Assembly: GCA_937129385.1 (NCBI GenBank)
Contig: CAKZNC010000113.1
Coordinates: forward strand, 5,360-69,359
Length of the DNA: 64,000 nucleotides
Source of the DNA: an uncultured Bacteroidota bacterium
GTDB taxonomy: Bacteria > Bacteroidota > Bacteroidia > Bacteroidales > GCA-2748055
Direction of reading: 5' to 3'
Part shown: positions 26,693 through 35,982 of the stretch, in pieces
How positions within the stretch are numbered: position 1 is the first letter of the stretch
How the letters are laid out: every line of letters begins with the position of its first letter
Position numbers and translations under genes: made by a program
The notes under the pieces: generated by a model
What the model was told of the DNA's origin: nothing
Seen by the model: the letters and a program-made list of their open reading frames with translations, nothing else
Database searches by the model: none

Positions 26693-28594
26693 ATGAGTGA
26701 TGAAATCAGGCACAAGTGCGGGATTGCACTGATCAGGTTATTGAAGCCCCTCGAGTATTACCAGTTGAAATACGGTTCATGGAAGTATGGTCTGCAGAAG
26801 CTGTATCTGCTCATGGAGAAACAGCGCAACCGTGGGCAGGATGGTGCAGGCCTGGTAAGTGTGAAATTTGATGTGCCGCCGGGCCATAAGTATTTCAGCA
26901 GGCTCAGATCCTCGAAAAGCGATGCCATCAATGACATTTTTAAATCGGTCTACGGCAATTTCAGGAAAGCGGAACGAAAGCATCCAAAATCCATTGACGA
27001 TGCCAGCTGGGCTAAAATGAACCTTCCCTTCGTGGGTGAACTCTACCTGGGTCATCTCAGGTATGGAACATTTGGAAGTAATTCTTCAGATAACCTGCAC
27101 CCGGTCATGCGTCAGAACAACTGGAGGACCAGGAACCTGGTGATCGCGGGAAACTTTAACCTGACCAACGTGGATGAGTTGTTCAACACCCTCGTTGAAT
27201 TGGGTCAGTCACCTAAAGATTATACCGATACGGTCACGGTGCTGGAGAAGGTGGGTCATTTCCTGGACCGGGAAAACCAGGTGCTTTTCGATGATTTCAA
27301 GGAGAAAGGATATTCAAATACGGACATCAGTGACATGATCACTGAGAAGATAGATATTGGGAAGATCCTTGGAGAGTCTTCCAAAAGATGGGATGGTGGG
27401 TATGCCATCGCTGGGCTGCTCGGACACGGCGACGCCTTTGTCATGCGGGATCCCTGGGGGATCAGGCCTGCGTATTATTACCACGATGAAGAAATTGCAA
27501 TTGTTGCATCTGAGCGGCCTGTTATCCAGACGGTGATGGACCTTAAGGCCGATCAGATCCATGAATTGGATCCGGGGAAGGCCATCGTGATCAAAAAGAA
27601 CGGGACCATCCAGCAACCACAGATACGGGAGCCCTATGAAAAGCGGTCATGTTCATTTGAGAGGATCTACTTTTCCAGGGGGAGCGACAAAAGCATTTAC
27701 AGTGAAAGGAAAAAACTGGGACGACTGCTTGTGCCGCCAATACTCGAGCATGTCGACCATGATCTGCAGAATACAGTCTTTTCATTCATTCCCAACACCG
27801 CCGAGTCGGCCTTCTACGGAATGGTAGCAGGGGTGGAGGACCATATGATCAATGATAAGATACGGCTGATCAAGGAGAGCAATGGTTCCCTGGATGATGA
27901 TGAGATGGCCGAAATTATTTCAAGGCGACCACGGATCGAAAAGGTGGCCATCAAGGACATCAAGCTCAGAACTTTTATCAGTCAGGACAAAGGACGAAAA
28001 GACCTTGTAAACCATGTGTATGACATCACTTATGGTACAATTAAGCGCGGTGTGGACAACCTGGTGATCATTGACGATTCCATTGTCAGGGGGACCACCC
28101 TGCGGGAAAGTATCATTAAGATACTTGATCGTCTCGGACCGAAAAGGATCGTGGTGGTATCCTCTTCCCCCCAGATCAGGTATCCCGATTGCTATGGGAT
28201 CGATATGGCCAGGCTCGGAGATTTCATTGCTTTCCAGGCTGCCATTGCACTGCTCAGGGAAACCGGTAAGGAGCATGTAATCAACGAGGTGTACAAGAAA
28301 TCTGTTGCACAGAGACACGAACCAAAGGAGAAGATCGTGAACTATGTGAAGGATATTTACAAGCCTTTCACTGCACAACAGGTTTCAGATAAGATTGCGG
28401 AATTGCTGACCTCGCCGGAGATCAACGCAGAGGTCAGGATCGTCTACCAGACCATTGAAAATCTGCATGAAGCCATTCCCGATGATCTGGGCGACTGGTA
28501 TTTCACCGGGGATTACCCGACCCCGGGAGGGAATAAGGTGGTCAATACTGCATTTATCAATTACATCGAAGGCATCACTTCTCGTGCTTATTGA
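26693..28594 (+). CDS. purF: Amidophosphoribosyltransferase (long Bacteroidota-type class II glutamine amidotransferase)
   Basis: 633 aa. N-terminal nucleophile context KCGIALIRL, and a PRTase motif LVIIDDSIVRGTT. Confidence 0.85.
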   Translation: MSDEIRHKCGIALIRLLKPLEYYQLKYGSWKYGLQKLYLLMEKQRNRGQDGAGLVSVKFDVPPGHKYFSRLRSSKSDAINDIFKSVYGNFRKAERKHPKSIDDASWAKMNLPFVGELYLGHLRYGTFGSNSSDNLHPVMRQNNWRTRNLVIAGNFNLTNVDELFNTLVELGQSPKDYTDTVTVLEKVGHFLDRENQVLFDDFKEKGYSNTDISDMITEKIDIGKILGESSKRWDGGYAIAGLLGHGDAFVMRDPWGIRPAYYYHDEEIAIVASERPVIQTVMDLKADQIHELDPGKAIVIKKNGTIQQPQIREPYEKRSCSFERIYFSRGSDKSIYSERKKLGRLLVPPILEHVDHDLQNTVFSFIPNTAESAFYGMVAGVEDHMINDKIRLIKESNGSLDDDEMAEIISRRPRIEKVAIKDIKLRTFISQDKGRKDLVNHVYDITYGTIKRGVDNLVIIDDSIVRGTTLRESIIKILDRLGPKRIVVVSSSPQIRYPDCYGIDMARLGDFIAFQAAIALLRETGKEHVINEVYKKSVAQRHEPKEKIVNYVKDIYKPFTAQQVSDKIAELLTSPEINAEVRIVYQTIENLHEAIPDDLGDWYFTGDYPTPGGNKVVNTAFINYIEGITSRAY

Positions 28595-29597
28595 ACCGGA
28601 ACCGCTTGAACAGGTCATTCAGGTAGGTATCCCGCATGCTCATATTCTTGATCATGCGCAGGTGCTTGGGCACGTAATTGGACAGGTGTCGTTCCACCTT
28701 GCTTTTATAAAGGTCATTGACGGTGATCATGATCCCCGTCTCCTCGACCTCCCCGAAACTGTGGTTGAGTACAGTGCCGAATGATCTCATCGAAGGGGAG
28801 AGGCTCATGTATGCATTGATCAGCGGAGGGATCGATTCCCCCGTTGCCCGCACCTTCTTGGAGAGAATCTTGTAATCTTCCATGTAATCGGACCCGGTGA
28901 AGATCGCATCGAGTTTTGCCTGTTCCATCAATACGCGCAAGGGTTCCCTGGGAACAACCAGCCTGTCATTGTCGGGAAAATGCTTGTTCAGGAAAAACAG
29001 GATCATGTCGCGTGCTTCCTGGTGATAATGAAGATACATGGTCACTTTTCCGAAGAAATACTTGATCTCAGGGTGGTCCATCACCAGTGTTCCCAGGCCA
29101 TCCCATAGATTGTCAAGTGCATAGAGTCCTTTCCTTCGGAGGTTGGTCGACTGGTACATTGGCTGTACGAAAGAACGACCGAGCTCGATCATGTGCGGCA
29201 GGTAATCGTTTATAAATTCTTGAGAAAAATTGAAAAGCTTTGCTGTTGCAAGCTTTACCTCTCCATCCTTGCTGCATGAATCTGAATTACAGATCAGGAA
29301 GCGGTATCCACCCAGGATCTCCTGCTGGTCCGGGTCCCAGACGATCAATTGTCTGTAGCCGTCTTCACCAAAATCAAAATCGTCAAGATCACAATCTTTT
29401 CCCGTGCCTCCGCCGGCAGCCCTGAAGGCCACCTCCCTGAGCCTGCCGATCTCCCTGACCAGGTTCGGAGAATCATTTGCATCGACAATATAGAGCAGGT
29501 TTCCGCCCTTATTGGTTTTTCTGACAAATTTATCTTCTGTCAGTTCAGCAAGCAGGAGCTTCTTGTCCAGTGCCGGAATGATTCGTTTCATGTTCAT
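28575..29597 (-). CDS. GNAT-fold N-acyltransferase of the OlsB/GlsB (hemolysin-like) type
   Basis: 340 aa. Sits directly downstream of a lysophospholipid-acyltransferase-like gene. ILGGYRFLI and GRSFVQPMYQ segments resemble the OlsB/GlsB Acetyltransf_5 family as I recall it. Confidence 0.6.
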   Translation of the reverse strand: MNMKRIIPALDKKLLLAELTEDKFVRKTNKGGNLLYIVDANDSPNLVREIGRLREVAFRAAGGGTGKDCDLDDFDFGEDGYRQLIVWDPDQQEILGGYRFLICNSDSCSKDGEVKLATAKLFNFSQEFINDYLPHMIELGRSFVQPMYQSTNLRRKGLYALDNLWDGLGTLVMDHPEIKYFFGKVTMYLHYHQEARDMILFFLNKHFPDNDRLVVPREPLRVLMEQAKLDAIFTGSDYMEDYKILSKKVRATGESIPPLINAYMSLSPSMRSFGTVLNHSFGEVEETGIMITVNDLYKSKVERHLSNYVPKHLRMIKNMSMRDTYLNDLFKRFRFNKHEK

Positions 29598-29617
29598 GGT
29601 CTGCTCTGTTTATGTTT

Positions 29618-30481
29618 TCAGATGGCGCTAAATACAGCCGAAGGATCTTCATGAAGTTTGTAACAATGTTCCTTCACCTTCTGCGCCCATTCTGCGGGCC
29701 TGTGACGCCGGTCAAATACCTGGTGATCAATTGGCTTGCCAATGGTAATGGTATAGTGACTGTTCTTATGGCGAAATGTTTCCCGCGGCAGAAAGAACAT
29801 CTCCAGGTTGGTTTTGATCCCCAGAAACCTCCTCATATTGGCAAAGTTATAAAAGAAATTGGAACAACGGCCTGTAACATGGATCGGTACTACATCCCGA
29901 CGGTGCCTGACCGCCTTTGAGACAAAGCTTTTCTTCCACTCGGGATCCCTGATTTCTCCCTTCCTCCGACGGGATACCAGTCCGGCAGGAAAGGTCATTA
30001 CATGCTGGTCTGACCGGAAGATCTCATCAATGAGTTTTACATTTTCCGCTGCCTGTGCACCATGCTTGTTGATCGGTACAAATACACCATCCATATTGGT
30101 GGCATTCATCAAAATGTCGTTCACCAGTACCCTGTATTTCCTGTTGTACCGCTCACCGATCTCTTTCATCAGCATGACCCCGTCGAAACCACCCAGTGGG
30201 TGATTGGATACGAAGATGAACGGTCCGCCTTCCGGGAGGTTCTCCTCACCAACCAGGTCAACTTTGACGTTGAACATCTCGATGGCCGCACTGGAAAAGT
30301 CGAAGTCTCTCTTATGGCCGTGCAGGCGCAGCACTTCGTTGACCTCATCAATCGCCAGAGCTCTGTGCAGATACCGGAAGACGAACCCCGGGATCAGTCG
30401 GGCTACACGTGGGTTTTTCTTTCTGAACATCTCCCTGATGTCAAGGGGCTTGAAGTCTTTATTGATCTCCTGGTCACTCAT
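29618..30481 (-). CDS. Lysophospholipid/1-acyl-glycerol-3-phosphate-type O-acyltransferase (OlsA/GlsA-like)
   Basis: 287 aa from the ATG at 30481 (the track TTG is at 30493). PlsC-type motifs SNHPLGGFDG (HX4D) and MTFPAGLVSR. Confidence 0.7.
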   Translation of the reverse strand: MSDQEINKDFKPLDIREMFRKKNPRVARLIPGFVFRYLHRALAIDEVNEVLRLHGHKRDFDFSSAAIEMFNVKVDLVGEENLPEGGPFIFVSNHPLGGFDGVMLMKEIGERYNRKYRVLVNDILMNATNMDGVFVPINKHGAQAAENVKLIDEIFRSDQHVMTFPAGLVSRRRKGEIRDPEWKKSFVSKAVRHRRDVVPIHVTGRCSNFFYNFANMRRFLGIKTNLEMFFLPRETFRHKNSHYTITIGKPIDHQVFDRRHRPAEWAQKVKEHCYKLHEDPSAVFSAI

Positions 30482-30599
30482 TTTATAAGGCAATGGTCCG
30501 GGGATGCAAAAATACCAAAAAATCCCATACCGTGAAGACTACTTTGCAGCCCTTGCCACTGCTGCAATGCAATTTGCTATTACAAAAGTTATTAACAAA

Positions 30600-30634
30600 G
30601 TGGGAAAAAGTGGGGTAAAATGGTATGAAGTGGG
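30600..30634 (+). promoter_or_regulatory. Phased GTGGG boxes: putative MraZ operator
   Basis: GTGGG at 30600, 30610 and 30630, plus a degenerate ATGGT at 30620. Spacing is exactly 10 bp. A near-consensus -7 box TATATTTT (30643-30650) follows, with the mraZ ATG at 30674. Confidence 0.6.
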
Positions 30635-30673
30635 AAAAAATATATATTTTTACCTCTTAATGGACCTGGAGAC

Positions 30674-31138
30674 ATGACAACATTCATCGGAGATTATACC
30701 GTAAAGATCGATTCCAAGGGGAGGCTCTCATTTCCCGCGGCATTCATGCGCCAGATGAAGGAGGCTTCATCCGACGGATTCGTATTGAAGCGTGATGTCT
30801 TTGAAAAGTGCCTGATCCTTTACCCGATGGAAGAGTGGGACAGGCAGAATACCATGATCAGGGAAAAGACCAATCCTTATAACAAGGAGCATGCGAAATT
30901 CCTGCGGATGTTTTTCGCCGGCACGGCGGAGGTGACACTTGACGGGAACAACAGGATGCTGGTACCCAAACGACTGCTGGAGCATGCAGGGATAAAAAGC
31001 GAAGTTGTCCTTGCGGGACAATCGGGGAAGATTGAGATCTGGGATGCCGGCGCGTACACTGGTGTGAGTCTGGCTGATGATGATTTTGCCTCCATGGCTG
31101 AAAAAATACTGGGTGGAACATCCATAGAATCAGAATAA
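30674..31138 (+). CDS. mraZ: Division/cell-wall cluster transcriptional regulator MraZ
   Basis: 154 aa. Two SpoVT/AbrB-like repeats (DSKGRLSFPAAF and DGNNRMLVPKRL). Confidence 0.95.
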   Translation: MTTFIGDYTVKIDSKGRLSFPAAFMRQMKEASSDGFVLKRDVFEKCLILYPMEEWDRQNTMIREKTNPYNKEHAKFLRMFFAGTAEVTLDGNNRMLVPKRLLEHAGIKSEVVLAGQSGKIEIWDAGAYTGVSLADDDFASMAEKILGGTSIESE

Positions 31139-31139
31139 T

Positions 31140-32039
31140 ATGGCTTATCACAGGCCAGTCTTGCTGAATGAGAGTATTGAAGGATTGAATATAAAACCAA
31201 GAGGGACCTACGTGGATCTTACTTTTGGTGGAGGGGGACACTCCCGCCTGGTTCTTGACAAGTTGGAAAAAAAGGGAAGGTTGTTTGCATTTGACCAGGA
31301 CCCGGACGCCGTGCAGAATGCCGGCAGTGACAGGCGACTGGTTTTCATCCAGGCAAATTTCAGGTACATGCGGAATTTCCTCCGCTACCATGAAGTGTCC
31401 GGGGTCGACGGGATCCTGGCTGACCTCGGGATATCTTCTCATCAGATCGATCAGCCCGACAGGGGTTTTTCCTTTCGTTCTGAGGCAGCCCTGGACATGC
31501 GCATGGATACCTCCTCCCCTAAATCGGCCGTTCACGTTCTGAACGAATACCCTGAAAAAGAACTTGCAAGGATATTTCGTGAATACGGTGAAATTAAAAA
31601 TGCCGGAAGGGTGGCGAGGACGATCGTAGGTGGAAGATCGGAAGGCAGTATCGGCACCACGGGGGACCTGGAAGATGTGCTGGGTCATCTTATCCCGCAA
31701 CAAACAAGGTCCAAGTTCCTCGCCCGCATCTACCAGGCCATCAGGATCGAGGTCAACGAGGAGATGGATGTCCTGAAGGAGATGTTGATGCAAACAGCAG
31801 ATTGGCTGAATCCCGGGGGAAGACTGGTAGTGATCACCTACCATTCTCTTGAAGACCGTCTCGTAAAAAATTTTATGCGGTCGGGAAACACAGAGGGCAA
31901 GGTGGAGAAAGATTTTTACGGTGCGCCACAGACCGAATGGAGACAGGTAAACCGCAAAGTGATCGTTCCGGAACCAGGTGAGCTGAAGGAGAATAACAGG
32001 GCCAGGAGCGCAAAATTGAGAATAGCTGAAAAAATATAG
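31140..32039 (+). CDS. rsmH: 16S rRNA (cytosine1402-N4)-methyltransferase
   Basis: 299 aa with HRPVLLNE, DLTFGGGGHS and DLGISSHQID motifs. Confidence 0.96.
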   Translation: MAYHRPVLLNESIEGLNIKPRGTYVDLTFGGGGHSRLVLDKLEKKGRLFAFDQDPDAVQNAGSDRRLVFIQANFRYMRNFLRYHEVSGVDGILADLGISSHQIDQPDRGFSFRSEAALDMRMDTSSPKSAVHVLNEYPEKELARIFREYGEIKNAGRVARTIVGGRSEGSIGTTGDLEDVLGHLIPQQTRSKFLARIYQAIRIEVNEEMDVLKEMLMQTADWLNPGGRLVVITYHSLEDRLVKNFMRSGNTEGKVEKDFYGAPQTEWRQVNRKVIVPEPGELKENNRARSAKLRIAEKI

Positions 32040-32417
32040 ATGAGCAGGGAGCGAAAAAATATTGAATTTGAAGAGGTTAAAAAGGAGAAGGGAACACAAT
32101 TCTCCTTCAGGAGCCTGATCGATGGCAATGTACTCACCCAGCAATCGGTGATCCGGCAAGCCCCATATCTTGCATTACTGGTGATCATGGCACTCCTCAT
32201 GATCGCAAACAGGAACCACGCTGAAAAACTGGTCATCCGGTCAGATGAATTGCAGACCGAGGTGAAGGAGTTGAGATCAAGGGCGATCACCACCTCTTCC
32301 AATCTGACAATGGTGAGCCGGCAGAGCAGGGTGGAACAGATGGTACGAGAAAAGGAGCTTGGTCTGACAGAGAACAAGGAGCCACTTAAAAAATTGGTAA
32401 TGAAGGAGAAGAACTGA
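32040..32417 (+). CDS. ftsL: FtsL-like cell-division protein
   Basis: 125 aa, a single TM segment plus a coiled coil, in the canonical position between rsmH and ftsI. Confidence 0.7.
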   Translation: MSRERKNIEFEEVKKEKGTQFSFRSLIDGNVLTQQSVIRQAPYLALLVIMALLMIANRNHAEKLVIRSDELQTEVKELRSRAITTSSNLTMVSRQSRVEQMVREKELGLTENKEPLKKLVMKEKN

Positions 32418-34531
32418 TGTCGCTGAAGAAAAACATATTGATCCGGGTCAGCGTGGTTTACCTCGCCATGGTGGTCTTTGCACTTGCCATCCTGGGCAAG
32501 ATGTTCTTCCTTCAGTTGATCGAAAAAAACAAGTGGGAGGAGGCCGAGGTGAACAGTATTACCTATAAGACCATTGAGCCCAATCGAGGGAACATCTATT
32601 CCTCTGAAGAAAGACTCCTGGCCGTTGATGTACCCTACTACGAGATCAGGATGGACATGCGCAGCGAAGCTTTTACACGGGAGATATTCGACCGCCATGT
32701 CGATTCACTTGCCATCCGTTTGTCCAGGCTGTTCAATGACCGACACTGGTCGGCCTACAAGCAAAACCTCGTGAGAGCCAGGGAGGACGGCAGCCGCTAC
32801 TACCTGGTCAAACGCAATGTAAACTATTCACAACTCCAGCAGCTGAAGAGTTTCCCGATCTTCCGACTGGGCCGCTACCAGGGAGGCACCATCTTTGTCC
32901 AGCAAAATCGCAGGATCAGACCACATGGCATGCTGGCTGCGCGTACCATCGGGTATACGATGCAGGGAGACCTGGGCAGTGTGGTGGGTATTGAAGGTGC
33001 TTTCGATGAGGAGTTGTCGGGTGTCGAGGGATACCGCCTCATGCAAAAGATCCCGGGGGGTATCTGGATGCCGGTGAGCGATAAGAACGAGATCGATCCG
33101 CGCGATGGATATGATATCGTGACTACGATAGACATTGATCTGCAGGATGTGGCGGAGAATGCATTGCTGACAGAACTCCGGAAACATGATGCAGACCATG
33201 GGTCTGTGGTGGTCATGGAGGTAAAGACCGGAAAGATCAGGGCGATCGCCAACCTGGGGAAATCGGGTAGTGGAAGATATGTCGAGAATTACAACTATGC
33301 CATCGGTGAAAGTACTGAACCCGGATCTACCTTTAAACTTGCATCGGCCATCGCACTTTTGGAGGACGGACTGGTGGAGCCCGACGACAAGGTGGATGTC
33401 GGTAGCGGTGTGGCGATCTACAATGGACACAGGCTGGAAGACAGTGGTGATGAAGGATTGGGCGTGATTACATTCAGCGAAGCATTTGAATATTCCTCCA
33501 ATGTGGGGATATCCAAGCTGGTCAATGAGAACTACAAGGAGGATCCATCGGCGTTCGTTGACCGGTTATACCGACTGGGTCTCAACCAGAAGCTGGGCAT
33601 CGAGATCCGTGGTGAAGGGGTTCCCGACATCAAGTATACCGACAGTCCGCTTTGGTCGAAGATCTCCCTGCCCATGATGTCCATCGGCTACGAGGTCAGG
33701 CTGACACCCCTTCAGGTTCTTACCTTCTATAACGCAATCGCCAACGAAGGCGTGATGGTGAAGCCTCTATTTGCTGAAGAGATCAGGTATCACGGGAAGG
33801 TGGTCCATCGTTTCGAAAGGGAGATACTGAATCACAAGATCTGCTCTGAAGAGACGCTGGAGAAGATCAGGCCGATGCTCGAAGGGGTTGTGGAACACGG
33901 GACGGCAAAAAACCTGAAGAATTCATACTATCCCATTGCGGGGAAAACGGGCACATGCCAGATCGCAGATGCGAAAAATGGCTATGCCCAGGGACGCTAC
34001 CAGGCCTCATTTACAGGATATTTTCCCTCCGATCAACCAGCGTATTCCTGCATCGTGGTGATCAGCTCCCCATCAAAATCGGTCTACTACGGGAACCTGG
34101 TGGCCGGACCCATCTTCAGGGAGATCACAGACCGGATCTACATCCAGGACCTGAACATGCAACACCCGGGAGAGTCCCAGCTGGCCGCCGCCCCCGATGC
34201 ACCCTATTCAAAAAGTGGTTACAAGCGGGAGCTGGAATCGGCCCTTCAGTCGCTGAAGATCCCCTTCGAATCGGGCACGCATGAATCGGAGTGGGTCAAA
34301 ACCCGCAGTACAGGTGATGCGGTCACACTCAGGAGAAGCGATATGAGTACGCTCTATGTGCCTGATGTGAAAGACATGGGGGCCAGGGATGCGATCTACC
34401 TGCTTGAAAATATGGGGCTCCGCGTCGAGATCTCCGGTCGGGGTACGGTGCGCGGACAATCGCCTTCCCCGGGCAGCCTGTTGAAGGAGGGCGGACTGAT
34501 CAAACTTGAAATGAGTATAACGGAAGGATGA
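32417..34531 (+). CDS. ftsI: Penicillin-binding protein (FtsI/PBP3-type transpeptidase) with a C-terminal PASTA domain
   Basis: 704 aa. N-terminal TM segment, dimerisation domain, and transpeptidase motifs (STFK, SSN, KTGT). Confidence 0.92.
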   Translation: MSLKKNILIRVSVVYLAMVVFALAILGKMFFLQLIEKNKWEEAEVNSITYKTIEPNRGNIYSSEERLLAVDVPYYEIRMDMRSEAFTREIFDRHVDSLAIRLSRLFNDRHWSAYKQNLVRAREDGSRYYLVKRNVNYSQLQQLKSFPIFRLGRYQGGTIFVQQNRRIRPHGMLAARTIGYTMQGDLGSVVGIEGAFDEELSGVEGYRLMQKIPGGIWMPVSDKNEIDPRDGYDIVTTIDIDLQDVAENALLTELRKHDADHGSVVVMEVKTGKIRAIANLGKSGSGRYVENYNYAIGESTEPGSTFKLASAIALLEDGLVEPDDKVDVGSGVAIYNGHRLEDSGDEGLGVITFSEAFEYSSNVGISKLVNENYKEDPSAFVDRLYRLGLNQKLGIEIRGEGVPDIKYTDSPLWSKISLPMMSIGYEVRLTPLQVLTFYNAIANEGVMVKPLFAEEIRYHGKVVHRFEREILNHKICSEETLEKIRPMLEGVVEHGTAKNLKNSYYPIAGKTGTCQIADAKNGYAQGRYQASFTGYFPSDQPAYSCIVVISSPSKSVYYGNLVAGPIFREITDRIYIQDLNMQHPGESQLAAAPDAPYSKSGYKRELESALQSLKIPFESGTHESEWVKTRSTGDAVTLRRSDMSTLYVPDVKDMGARDAIYLLENMGLRVEISGRGTVRGQSPSPGSLLKEGGLIKLEMSITEG

Positions 34532-35976
34532 AGCTGAACAGACTCATACAGGATGTGGAGGTTTCTGAAACCCATGGGGGTTCAGAAGTTGAGATCAGTG
34601 CGGTGACCTTTGATTCACGGAAGGTGAAACCGGGTACCCTGTTCATTGCCATCACCGGAACCATCGCAGACGGTCATGCCTACATCGAAAAGGCAGTCGC
34701 AAAAGGGGCCGTTGCCATCGTCTGTGAAAAACTGCCGGAAACAATGGACCCCGGCGTAGCATTCAGCCTGACCCCCAATTCACGAAAAGCACTGGCAATT
34801 ATAGCTGCTGAATGGTACGGGCATCCCTCGCGCGAGATTAGCCTGGTGGGTATTACCGGAACCAATGGAAAAACGACCATAGCCACCTTATTATATAAGG
34901 TCAATACCGGTCTTGGTTACAAGGCCGGTATTTTAACTACCATCGAAGTGATCATCAACGGAAAGCGTCACCCTGCCACGCATACCACACCCGATCCGAT
35001 GCAGATCAACAGCTGGATCAGGAGGATGGTCGATGCAGGATGTGCTTACTGTTTCATGGAGGTATCCTCCCATGCACTGAGTCAGCACCGTGTGGACGGA
35101 CTCACCTTCAAAGGAGGAGTGTTCACCAACCTGACCCATGATCACCTTGATTATCATAAGGATTTCAATGCATACCTGAAGGCCAAAAAATCATTTTTCG
35201 ATATGCTGGAGGAGGGTGCGTTTGCCCTGACCAATGCCGATGATAAAAATGGGAAGGTGATGCTTCAGAATACCCGCGCCAGTAAGCTCAGTTACGGCTT
35301 GGGGCGTCGGGCCGATTTCAATGCGAAGATCCTGGAACCCCACTTCGGAGGGATGCGGCTGCTGGTGGATGAGAGGGAGGTATGGGTGAAGCTTACAGGA
35401 CGTTTCAATGCTTCCAATATCCTGGCGGTTTACGGGGTATGTGTACTCCTGGACCATGATAAGACGGAGATACTCGAGGCGGTCAGCAAGGCTGATGCCG
35501 CTGCCGGAAGATTCCAGGTACTGCGGGGTGCGGAAGGTACCGTTGCAGTGATCGATTATGCACATACCGATGATGCACTGAAGAATGTGCTGGAAGCCAT
35601 TCGTGAGGTGAACCTGGAGGGCAGGGAGATCATTACAGTGATCGGAGCCGGGGGAGATCGTGACAGGGCCAAGCGGCCGAAGATGGGAGCTGTGGCTGCC
35701 TCATTGAGCAACAAGGTGATTTTGACTTCCGACAACCCGAGGTCTGAAGACCCTGCCATGATCATGGAGGAGATGGAAAATGGAATCGGACAGGAGCAGA
35801 GGGGAGCCATTCTGAAGATTGCCGATCGTGAGGAGGCGATCAAAACAGCCTGCATGATCGCAGGACCGGAATCCCTGGTGCTGGTGGCAGGAAAGGGACA
35901 TGAAAAAACCCAGGAGATAAGGGGAGAAAAAAAGCATTTCGATGATGAAGAGGTGATCACAAAATATTTAAAGTAA
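34528..35976 (+). CDS. murE: UDP-N-acetylmuramoyl-L-alanyl-D-glutamate--2,6-diaminopimelate ligase
   Basis: 482 aa. Mur ligase P-loop GITGTNGKTT and a DNPR motif (SDNPRSEDP). Confidence 0.94.
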   Translation: MKLNRLIQDVEVSETHGGSEVEISAVTFDSRKVKPGTLFIAITGTIADGHAYIEKAVAKGAVAIVCEKLPETMDPGVAFSLTPNSRKALAIIAAEWYGHPSREISLVGITGTNGKTTIATLLYKVNTGLGYKAGILTTIEVIINGKRHPATHTTPDPMQINSWIRRMVDAGCAYCFMEVSSHALSQHRVDGLTFKGGVFTNLTHDHLDYHKDFNAYLKAKKSFFDMLEEGAFALTNADDKNGKVMLQNTRASKLSYGLGRRADFNAKILEPHFGGMRLLVDEREVWVKLTGRFNASNILAVYGVCVLLDHDKTEILEAVSKADAAAGRFQVLRGAEGTVAVIDYAHTDDALKNVLEAIREVNLEGREIITVIGAGGDRDRAKRPKMGAVAASLSNKVILTSDNPRSEDPAMIMEEMENGIGQEQRGAILKIADREEAIKTACMIAGPESLVLVAGKGHEKTQEIRGEKKHFDDEEVITKYLK

Positions 35977-35982
35977 ATAGCA

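Noticed and set aside
30858-32159. A 433-aa ORF on the minus strand spanning mraZ, rsmH and ftsL.
   Set aside because: It is antisense to three genes with unmistakable family motifs. Its translation is low-complexity (P/H/R/L-rich) with no recognisable domain. It looks like a typical long shadow ORF opposite codon-biased genes.
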